Shown here piece by piece: positions 10,386-20,606 of a stretch of DNA of 64,000 nt. The stretch covers positions 1 through 64,000 of the forward strand of contig JAXLNO010000446.1 in assembly GCA_038087875.1 (NCBI GenBank), read 5' to 3'. The DNA is from Malacoraja senta (lineage: Eukaryota). The number at the start of each line of letters is the position of its first letter. Within the stretch, counting starts at the first letter, position 1. The notes beneath the pieces are model-generated. The model worked only from the letters and a program-made list of their open reading frames with translations, had not been told where the DNA came from and did no database searches. The position numbers and the translations under genes are program-made.

Positions 10386-13300
10386 ATAAGGGGGGTGGGG
10401 TGTCGAATGGGATAGTGGAGGATGGAGTTAAAGGGAAAGGGTTTCTTAAATGTGTGAGCGTAGAGACAGAGGAGTGTAAAATGAGGGTAGAAGCAATAGG
10501 TAGCAAGGTGAAAAGTAAAAGTGGAAGACAGACAAAACCAGGGCAAAAATCAAAAAGGGCCACTTTTCAACATAATTGTATAAGGGGTAAGAGTGTTGTA
10601 AAAACAAGCCTGAAGGCTTTGTATCTCAATGCAAGGAGCATTCGTAATAAGGTGGATGAGTTGAATGTGCAGATAGCTATTAATGACTATGATATAGTTG
10701 GGATCACGGAGACATGGCTCCAGGGTGACCAAGGCTGGGAGCTGAACATCCAGGGATATTCAATATTCAGGAGGGATAGAGAGAAAGGAAAAGGAGGTGG
10801 GGTAGCATTGATGATTAGAGAGGAGATTAACGCAATGGAAAGGAAGGACATTAGGTTCGAGGATGTGGAATCGGTATGGGTAGAGCTGCGAAACACTAAG
10901 GGGCAGAAAACGCTGGTGGGTGTTGTGTACAGGCCACCTAACAGTAGTAGTGAAGTTGGAGATGGTATCAAACAGGAAATTAGAAATGCGTGCGACAAAG
11001 GCAAAACAGTTATAATGGGTGACTTCAATCTACATATAGATTGGGTGAATCAAATTGGCAGGGGTGCTGAGGAAGAGGATTTCTTGGAATGTATGCGGGA
11101 TAGTTATCTAAATCAACATGTAGAGGAACCAACGAGAGAGCAGGCTATTTTAGACTGGGTATTGAGTAATGAGGAAGGGTTAGTTAGCAGTCTTGTTGTA
11201 CGTGCCCCCTTGGGCAAGAGTGACCATAATATGGTTGAGTTCTTCATTAGGATGGAGAGTGACATTGTTAATTCAGAAACAATGGTTCTGAACTTAAAGA
11301 AAGGTAACTTTGAGGGTATGAGACATGAATTGGCCATGATTGACTGGCAATTAATTCTAAAAGGGTTGACGGTGGACATGCAATGGAAGACATTTAAAGA
11401 CTGCATGGATGAACTACAAAAATTGTTCATCCCAGTTTGGCAAAAGAATAAATCGGGGTAGGTAGTGCATCCGTGGATAACAAGGGAAATCAGGGATGGT
11501 ATCAAAGCGAAAGATAATGCGTACAAATTAGCCAGAAAAAGCAGCATACCAGAGGACTGGGAGAAATTCAGAGACCAGCAGAGGAGGACAAAGGGCTTAA
11601 TTAGGAAAGGAAAAATAGATTATGAAAGAAAACTGGCAGGGAACATAAAAACTGACTGCAAAAGTTTTTATAAATATGTAAAAAGAAAGAGATTAGTTAA
11701 AACAAATGTAGGTCCCTTGCAGTCAGAAACAGGTGAGTTGATCATGGGGAACAAGGATATGGCGGACCAATTGAATAACTACTTTGGTTCCGTCTTCACT
11801 AAGGAAGACATAAATAATCTGCCGGAAATAGCAGGGGAGTCAAAGGAGTTGGAGGAACTGAGTGAAATCCAGGTTAGTCGGGAAGTGGTTTTGGGTAAAT
11901 TGAATGGATTAAAGGCCGATAAATCACCAGGGCCAGATAGGCTGCATCCCAGAGTACTTAAGGAAGTAGCTCCAGAAATAGTGGATGCATTAGTAATAAT
12001 TTTTCAAAACTCTTTAGATTCTGGAGTAGTTCCTGAGGATTGGAGGGTAGCAAACGTAACCCCACTTTTTAAGAAGGGAGGGAGAGAGAAAACGGGGAAT
12101 TACAGACCAGTTAGTCTAACATCGGTAGTGGGGAAACTGCTAGAGTCAGTTATTAAAGATGGGATAGCAGCACATTTGGAAAGTGGTGAAATCATTGGAC
12201 AAAGTCAGCATGGATTTACGAAAGGTAAATCATGTCTGACGAATCTTATAGAATTTTTCGAGGATGTAACTAGTAGCGTGGATAGGGGAGAACCAGTGGA
12301 TGTGGTGTATCTGGACTTCCAGAAGGCTTTTGACAAGGTCCCACATAAGAGATTAGTATACAAACTTAAAGCACACGGTATTGGGGGTTCAGTATTGATG
12401 TGGATAGAGAACTGGCTGGCAAACAGGAAGCAAAGAGTAGGAGTAAACGGGTCCTTTTCACAATGGCAGGCAGTGACTAGTGGGGTACCGCAAGGCTCAG
12501 TGCTGGGACCCCAGCTATTTACAATATATATTAATGACCTGGATGAGGGAATTGAAGGCAATATCTCCAAGTTTGCGGATGACACTAAGCTGGGGGGCAG
12601 TGTTAGCTGTGAGGAGGATGCTAGGAGACTGCAAGGTGACTTGGATAGGCTGGGTGAGTGGGCAAATGTTTGGCAGATGCAGTATAATGTGGATAAATGT
12701 GAGGTTATCCATTTTGGTGGCAAAAACAGGAAAGCAGACTATTTTCTAAATGGTGGCCGACTAGGAAAAGGGGAGATGCAGCGAGACCTGGGTGTCATGG
12801 TACACCAGTCATTGAAAGTAGGCATGCAGGTGCAGCAGGCAGTGAAGAAAGCGAATGGTATGTTAGCTTTCATAGCAAAAGGATTTGAGTATAGGAGCAG
12901 GGAGGTTCTACTGCAGTTGTACAGGGTCTTGGTGAGACCACACCTGGAGTATTGCGTACAGTTTTGGTCTCCAAATCTGAGGAAGGACATTATTGCCATA
13001 GAGGGAGTGCAGAGAAGGTTCACCAGACTGATTCCTGGGATGTCAGGACTGTCTTATGAAGAAAGACTGGATAGACTTGGTTTATACTCTCTAGAATTTA
13101 GGAGATTGAGAGGGGATCTTATAGAAACTTACAAAATTCTTAAGGGGTTGGACAGGCTAGATGCAGGAAGATTGCTCCCGATGTTGGGGAAGTCCAGGAC
13201 AAGGGGTCACAGCTTAAGGATAAGGGGGAAATCCTTTAAAACCGAGATGAGAAGAACTTTTTTCACACAGAGAGTGGTGAATCTCTGGAACTCTCTGCCA

Positions 13301-13411
13301 CAGAGGGTAGTCGAGGCGAGTTCATTGGCTATATTTAAGAGCGAGTTAGATGTGGCCCTTGTGGCTAAAGGGATCAGAGGGTATGGAGAGAAGGCAGGTA
13401 CGGGATACTGA
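10325..13411 (+). pseudogene. CR1 ORF2 (APE endonuclease + reverse transcriptase) with a single in-frame stop
   Basis: APE motifs (LNARS, ITETW, YRPP, MGDFN, SDH) in 10325..11461 and RT in 11465..13411, same frame. The TAG at 11459-11461 replaces the Lys of KSGKVVHPW seen in the paralogue. The true start is uncertain. Confidence 0.9.
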
Positions 13412-14409
13412 GTTGGATGATCAGCCATGATCATATTGAATGGCGGTGCAGGCTCGAAGGGCCGAATGGCCTACTCCTGCACCTAATTTCTATGTTTCTA
13501 TGTTTCTATGTTTCTATGAGGAAAACATTTTTCACACAGAGAGTGGTGAATCTCTGGAGCTCTCTGCCACAGAGGCTAGTTCAGGCCAGTTCATTGGCTA
13601 TATTTAAGAGGGAGTTAGATGTGGCCCTTGTGGCTAAAGGGATCAGGGGGTATGGAGAGAAGGCAGGTACAGGATACTGAGTTGGATGATCAGCCATGAT
13701 CATATCGAATGGCGGTGCAGGCTCGAAGGGCCGAATGGCCTACTCCTGCACCTATTTTCTATGTTTCTATGTCTGCGTCAGTGAGCGTTGGTACAGGCAG
13801 ACCAGAGACCAGTGGGGAGGGTAGCGTTCCACCACCCATCTCCTGTTCCAAGCTGGCATGGAATGCATTTACACAGGCACATGATAGGACAGGTTTAGAG
13901 GGAGATGGGCCAAATGAGGGCAGGTGGGACGTGTGTAGATGGGACATTATGGGCGGCATGGACAAGGTGGGCTGAAGGGCCTGTTTCCACACTGTATGAC
14001 TATGACTCTCACCTTATTTACCAGTCTTGGTCACTTGTTGACTGTACAGTGACAATCTTTAGGTTTTCCATTGGCCGAGCCTCAAGGACCAGTCTCACAC
14101 TGGTCAAGTGTGAAAACGCACACCTCCAGATTCAGGGACAGTTTCTACCCAGCTGTTATCTGGCAACTGAACCATCCTACCACAACCAGAGAGCAGTGCT
14201 GAACTACCATCCATCACATTAGAGACTCTCGGACTATCTTTTATCGGACCTTACTGGACTTTATCTTGCACTAAACGTTATTCCCTTTATCCTGTATCTG
14301 TGCACTGTGGACGGCTCGATTGTAATCATGTATTGCCTTTCCGCTGACTGGTTAGCATGCAACAAAAAGCTTCACTGTTCCTCAGTACACATGAGAATAA
14401 ACTAACTAA

Positions 14410-15130
14410 GAATGATCTCAGAAATGAATGGGTTAACATATGATGAGCGTTTGACAGCACTGGGCCTGTACTCGCTGGAGTTTAGAAGAATGAGGGGGGA
14501 CCTCATTGAAACTTTCCTCATTGAAAGGCCTGGATAGAGTGGATGTGGAGAGGATGTTTGCACTAGTGGGAGATTAGGACCAGAGGGTACAACCTCAGAA
14601 TAAAAGGATGTACCTTCAGAAACGAGATGAGGAGGAATGCTTTAGTCAGAGGGTGTTGAATCTGTGGAATTCTTTGCTACAGATGGCTGTGGAGGCCAAA
14701 GCAATCGATATTTTTAAGGCGGAAATTGACAGATTCTTGATCAGTACGGGTGTCAGGGGTTATGGGGAGAAGGCAGGAGAATGGGGTTAAGAGGGAGAGA
14801 TAGATCAGCCGCGATTGAATGGTGGAGTAGGCGATGGTCAAATGGCCGAAGCCATTTAGAATGCAGACGAGGAAACACTTTTTCACACAGAGAGTTGTGA
14901 GTCTGTGGAATTCTCTGCCTCAGAGGGCGGTGGAGGCAGGTTCTCTGGATGCTTTCAGGAGAGAGTTAGATAGGGCTCTTAAAGATAGCGGAATCAGGGG
15001 ATATGGGGAGAAGGCAGGAACGGGGTACTGATTGGGGATGATCAGCCAGGATCACATTGAATGGCGGTGCTGGCTTGAAAGGCAGAATGGCCTGCTCCTG
15101 CACCTATTGTCTATTGTCTATTGTCTATTG
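14410..15130 (+). mobile_element. Two tandem CR1 3' fragments
   Basis: ORFs 14608..14790 and 14834..15031 give CR1 ORF2 C-termini with their 3' UTRs. Confidence 0.8.
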
Positions 15131-15609
15131 CTCCTATCACCTATGAAATGGTAAACTATATTATAAAGCTACACTATCAAGTACTTTGGCAGAAGGAAGC
15201 TGTAGATTTATGAACATTCTTGTATTAAGACGTGACCCCTCTCATTCTACTGACACTCTCGTCGAGATGCTGAGGTTATGTTCCACTTCCCTGGACTTGT
15301 TCAACAGAGGAATTAATTTCTCCATGAGATCCCTCAGCAGTTAGTGTTTATGTGCTTGCTGTTTCATGAACAGCTTAGGCCTTTTTAATTCACAACTGAG
15401 TCACAAATTTCTGAAAGGATCAAGACTAAATATTAAATTTCTGCCTTAACCCCTTGTTGGAATACAGGATTGAGAGTCAGAGAGGTATTGAATGGTGCAG
15501 CATGGGCCCTTCAGCCCAGCTTGTCAATAGACAATAGACAATAGACAATAGGTGCAGGAGTAGGCCATTCGGCCCTTCGAGCCAGCACCGCCATTCTATG
15601 CGATCATGG

Positions 15610-16005
15610 CTAACATATTCCATTCCCTTATCGTCCTTGGGTAAAGGGAATATTGGTCGCAAAGTTTATTGAAATTTCGCCAGTTGATGATGTAGGGACC
15701 GTTATTTAGTCTTGTTTCATGGCAGTTGGTGCTCTGGGCTGAGGGGAGTTTTGAAGGCGTGAGTTTGTCAATCTCCTTGTAAATCGCAATAAGTCTTAGC
15801 CTGATTCTGCGGGGCTCTAGGGTATCCCATCCGAGAGTAGTCAGCATATTATTCACGCTTGACTTGCGCTTGTAGTCATTACATACAAAGCGGGCTGCTC
15901 GCCATTGTACTTTCTCCAGGGTGATCTTGTTGTTGTTGTTGAAACGATCCTATACGGCTCCACAATGCCCCAATTTGGGCCTGACCAAGGACTTGTAGGC
16001 ATTCT
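15610..16005 (-). mobile_element. Degenerate LINE RT C-terminus of a different lineage (CR1-group, Daphne/Crack-like); mirror ~54515-54912
   Basis: YKSLV.PKL...LEKVQ.RAARFV.NDY and ML..LGWDTLE.RR..LRL..IYK...QYSLYPRTIREWNML. Clearly unlike the resident CR1s. Confidence 0.6.
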
Positions 16006-16034
16006 CTTTGACGGATGTACTACATGCGTGAACA

Positions 16035-16140
16035 TTGAGTGGAATATGAGGTGCTGTACCGACAACTTGCGCTGGGCATCACTCTGCCAATTGGGGAGGC
16101 CCAGGACAGAAAGGTCAGTGTGGGAATGGGAAGGGGAGGA
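16035..16140 (-). mobile_element. Penelope-like element GIY-YIG C-terminal fragment
   Basis: SPSHSHTDLSVLGL..WQSDAQRKL..QHLIF within ORF 15853..16218-. Homologous to 32370-32559. Confidence 0.65.
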
Positions 16141-16540
16141 CACTGAAGGGTTAATTTTCCACACACATTTCATTCCCTGCAGTGTAAAGTTAACTACAAC
16201 ACTAATTTTAAATTGCAAAGTTAAGATAACCCAAACAGCAGCTTGCTAATCAGTCATTAGTCAAACTTTATTTTTGTACGGAAAGGTTTAAAATTTTCCA
16301 TGGCAACTAATTTCAATGCAAATGTAATACAGCTCAAGTAAATGCACTCTGGTCTCTTAAGCCTGCTTGAGAATTTAACTGTCTCCCTGCCTATGTTGGC
16401 ACTGGGCCTGTACTCGCTGGAATTTAGAAGGATGACGGGGGGACCTCAGTGAAACTTGCCGAATAGTGAAAAACCTGGATAGAGTGGATGTGGAGAGGAT
16501 GTTGTAGATGATATGTGCATGTACCTTTAACATAGTGACC

Positions 16541-18959
16541 ATGCGAACAGTGGAGGACGTCGCTGCACAGGTTGGCCCGGCCACTGTCTTCTCGGTTCTC
16601 GATGCCAAGAGCTCCTTCTGGCAGATACCGCTGGACGAGCGGTCCTCCCACTTGACTACCTTCGGCACACCTTTCGGCAGGTACCGATTCCTCCGCATGC
16701 CATTCGGGATCAACTCTGCCAGCGAGGTCTTCCAGCGGACGATGGAGCAGCTGTTCGCCGGTCTGCCGTGTGCCATCATCGTTGACGACATCCTGGTCTA
16801 TGGTAAAGACGTTGCTGAGCACGATCTCCACCTCCGTCGAGTCCTGAACCGGGCCCGCGAAATCAACCTCAAACTAAACCCAAAGAAGTGCCGGTTCCGC
16901 GTCCCGGAGGTCACCTATGTGGGCCACGTTGTTACCGCATCGGGGCTAAAGCCCGACCCGCAGAAGACAGCTGCGGTCTCCGATATGTCTTCGCCCACCG
17001 ACGTGGCCAGCCTACAACGTTTCCTGGGCATGGTTAATTACTTGGGGAAGTTTATCCCCGACCTCAGCGAGCTGAGCGCGCCCCTGAGGGAGTTGATCAA
17101 GAAGGACACTGCCTGGGTTTGGTTCCCGCATCACCAGACAGCTTTTGACATTCTGAAGTCCAGGCTGGCCAGTGCCCCCACTCTCCAATTCTTCGATCTG
17201 CAGCGCCTCATTGTTCTTACCTGCGACGCCTCCAAGTTCGGTCTGGGTGCTGCCTGTCTGCAGCTCCGCGATGGCCTGCAGCTGCCTGTTTCCTACGCGT
17301 CCCGCACCATGACCCCTGCCGAGCAGCGCTATGCTCAGATAGAGAAGGAGCTGCTTGCTGTGGTGTTTGCCTGCTCCAAGTTCAAGGACTATATTCTGGG
17401 CAATAGCTTCACGATCGAGACCGACCATCAGCCGCTGGTCTCTATCCTCAACAAGCCCATCCACGTTGCCTCGTCCCGGTTACAGCGCATGATGCTACAA
17501 CTCCAACGTTTTACGTTTAAAATTGTGTATCGCAAGGGCAAGGACATGTTCGTGGCCGACACGCTGTCCCACGCACCACTAACGTCCACTGATCGCCACC
17601 CATATGAACCAGCAAATGCAGTCCCTGATCAGCAACACTGCCAAGGACCCTGCCCTGCAGCAGCTTGCCGACGTCATCAGGCAGGGTTGGCCAGACCGTC
17701 GTTCATCCTTACCGCCTGGGGTCGCGCCCTACTTCCTGGTCCGTGACGAGCTCGTGCTGCACGACGGCGTGGTCGTGAAGGGACACAAGGTCGTTGTGCC
17801 TGCTGCCCTGCGGGACCAATACTTTCACACCGCCCACCGCGGTCATCCTGGGGCCGATGCCACCCTGTCTCAGGCCCAGAGTTTGTTCTACTAGCCCGGC
17901 ATGGCCCAAGACATCCGGGACAGGGTCTCCGCTTGCTCGGTCTGCAATAGCCTCGCTCCCCATCAGCAACAGCAGCCGCTTCTGCAACAGCCTGCCCCCG
18001 AGCTGCCCTGGATGACCGTCGCCGCTGACATTTTTGAGTGGCGTGGAAAGCATTTCCTGGTTCTTGTGGACTCGTACTCCAGCTGGTTCGAGGTGGACCA
18101 GCTGCACTCCCTAACCTCTTCGGCCGTTATCGGCAAGCTGCGCCGCCACTTCGGAACCCATGGCACCCCGGCAAGTCTTCAATCGGACAACGGCAGCCAG
18201 TTCTCGAGTGCCGAATTTCGGAGTTTTGCAGCCAGATGGAACTTCCGACACTACACCAGCAGCCCAGAGTACCCACAAAGCAACGGCTTGGCAGAGCGCG
18301 CTGTCCGCAGTGCTAAGGACTTGCTGGAACATTGTAGACTGTCCCATTCTGATTTTTACTTGGCCCTCCTCAATCTCCGAAACATTTGCCGCGACACTGC
18401 CTTGGGCTCTCCAGCACAACGGCTGATGTCTCGCACTACGAGACCTCCGATTCCGGTGACCCAGCGGTCCCTCGTTCCCTCTGTCCTCCGTTCCGCTGCC
18501 GTCCAGGAGCGCATTGCCCTCAAACAAGAAATCCAACGGCGCTCCCACGACAAATCTTGTCGTCCTCTCCCGCCTCTGCTCTCAGGCCAAGTCGTCCGAA
18601 TGCAATCCCCCTCCGGTCACCCCAGGCTTGCCATCGTCGTCGGTACTGCTGGTTCGCCGCGGTCCTACCTTGTCGACCATGAAGGTACCATTTACCGCCG
18701 GTCCCGGCAGCATCTGCGGCTTGTTAACGAGCCACCACCGCCGCCTGCGGATCCCTTTTCCCCCCCATTGTCGACAACACTGCCTGCCCCTCCGGCCGGT
18801 CCTCCCTCGCCTGACCGTCTTCCCACTACTGCTCCTGCTTCCCCTGCTCCTTCTCCGTTTTCTCGTTCTCCTCCTGGTTCTCCGGTTCTCTTCCCCGCGC
18901 CGGCTCCTGCTCATGCTCCGCCTGCAGAAGGGGGGGATGGCGAAATGCGTACCCGGTAA
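16541..18959 (+). pseudogene. Gypsy pol remnant (RT-RNaseH-IN)
   Basis: ORFs 16508..17746, 17604..17894 and 17901..18959. Carries a 41-bp frameshifting deletion near 17608 and a TAG at 17892 relative to the mirror copy. Confidence 0.9.
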
Positions 18960-19085
18960 GGGCGGGTGGTCAGGCCGCCTATCCGTTATGGTGAATTTGT
19001 TTAACTGTTTGCTCACCTGCTCGTAGCGTATGAGACGTGGTCGCCCTGTCACTTCGGTATTGCTTATTATTTCCAAGGGGAAGGA

Positions 19086-19297
19086 TGTAGATGATATGTG
19101 CATGTACCTTTAACATAGTGACCTCACCACTACTAACCACACCCCACATCATCAGTATAATTACAACCTTCCCACCCAGTTCTCTCTCTCTGGTTCCGGT
19201 GACAGACCACGGACAGCTGGGGCAGAAACCTATGTGTATAATGTGTAGTATTAATAAACAGAAGTACAGAAACAGTGCGTTATGACACATCTTTACA
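19086..19297 (+). repeat. Gypsy 3' LTR (212 bp)
   Basis: Begins tgtagatg directly after the PPT, ends catctttaca and contains aataaa. The first 38 bp are identical to 16503-16540. Confidence 0.92.
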
Positions 19298-19665
19298 GAT
19301 GTTTCCACTAGTGGGAGAGTGGGACTAAGCGTATGTTTCCGTGCTGTATCTCCAAAGTCTAAAGTCTAATGGAGGTAGTTGAGGTAGTATAACAATATTT
19401 AAAAGACACTGGGATTTGTAGCGGAGTCAGGGGATATGGGGAGAAGGCAGGAACGGGGTACTGATTGTGGATAATCAGTCATGATCACATTAAATGGCGG
19501 CTCAAGGGGCCGAATGACCTACTCCTGCATTGTCCAATGTATAGGCAAGGTTTAGTGGGATAGGGGTCAAATGCAGGCAGGTGCAAATGGGGTAAGTTGG
19601 TTGGCAAGGGCAAGTTGGCCAAAGGGCATGTTTCTGTGCTGTATGGCTCTGCGATTCTATGACAC

Positions 19666-20450
19666 GTACACATACCGGGAGGAGGTGGCTGATCTGGCAC
19701 TCTGGTGTCAGGACAACAGCCTCCTCTTCAATGTCACAAAAACTAAGGAGCTGATTGTGGACGTTAGAAGGGCACAACATCCCTGGTACACACCACTGGA
19801 GATAAATGGGACTACTGTGGACAGGGTGAGCTGCTTTAAATACCCGGGAGTCCACATCACAGAGGATCTGACATGGACAACACACACTGCTGCACTGGTG
19901 AGTAAGGCAAGGCAGCGCCTTTACCACCTCAGGCAACTGAGTCTCTCTGAGGATCCTTCAGTGCTTTTACTCTGGGGCTGTAGAAAGCATCTTGTCCGGC
20001 AACATCACAAACTGGTTTGGGAACTGCTCTGCCCAGGACAGGAAGGCTCTGCAGAGAGTAGTGCGTTCGGCCAAATGCACTATGGGAACTACACTGTCCC
20101 CCCTGCAGGACCTATACACCAGGAGGGGCAGATCCAGAGCCAGCAACATTATGGGGGACCCCTACCACCTCAGCAATGGACTGTTCCAGCTGCTACGGTC
20201 AGGCAAACGCCTCCGCTGTCGTGCTGTGAAAACGGAGAGGATGAGACGGAGTTTCTTCCCACAGGCCATCAGGACTGTAAACTCTGATCTCACCGGGGAC
20301 TCATTTACTGTTGTTCTCTAAAATGTAAATACTGGTTCTGTTCTGTTCTGTTGTTCTGTAGTTTTGCACAATCCACAGGCATTGCCACTTTCATTTCACT
20401 GTGCATCTTGTATTTGTATGTGACAAATAAACTTGCCTTGACTTGACTTA
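19666..20450 (+). mobile_element. Rex1/Babar-like LINE 3' fragment, left arm only
   Basis: YREEV..L..WC.DN.L..NV.KTKELIVD.RR, KARQRLYHLRQL and DRKALQRVVRSA, ending in a (CTTGA)n tail. Confidence 0.85.
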
Positions 20451-20606
20451 GCTAGGGTGCTAATAGACACATCCCTCCAACACAAATTCCTTAAGAATCA
20501 TTTCAATATTAGAAACCTAGAAACATAGAAAATAGGTGCAGGAGTAGGCCATTCGGCCCTTCGAGCCTGCACCGCCATTTGATATGATCATGGCTGATCA
20601 TCCAAC

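Larger units (their letters stand above)
9581..13515 (+). mobile_element. Nested near-full-length CR1, left arm only
   Basis: Contains ORF1 esterase, ORF2 and its own (TTTCTATG)n tail. The mirror site reads continuously aggaccgagatgaggaaaac (rc ~56990-57012). Confidence 0.92.
8261..13770 (+). mobile_element. 5'-truncated CR1 (host element, split by nested CR1)
   Basis: RT domain in ORF 8510..9607 ([13 protein letters not shown]). It resumes at 13516 (MRKTFFTQRVVNLW) and ends in a (TTTCTATG)n tail. An uninterrupted copy lies at 56745-58323. Confidence 0.92.
16503..19297 (+). mobile_element. Ty3/Gypsy LTR retrotransposon, internally deleted (38-bp 5' LTR stub + RT-RNaseH-integrase + 3' LTR)
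   Basis: TG...CA ends, gatgt TSD (16498-16502, 19298-19302) inside a CR1 fragment, and PPT aaggggaagga (19075-19085). RT LDAKSSFWQI/MPFG/IVDD, RNaseH DAS/YAQIEKE/ETDH, integrase HHCC and D-D-E in RT-RH-IN order. Confidence 0.95.

Noticed and set aside
17012..19103. Numerous antisense and alternate-frame ORFs over the Gypsy element (and similarly over CR1s)
   Set aside because: Expected shadows of GC-rich or coding TE sequence, with no independent motifs.
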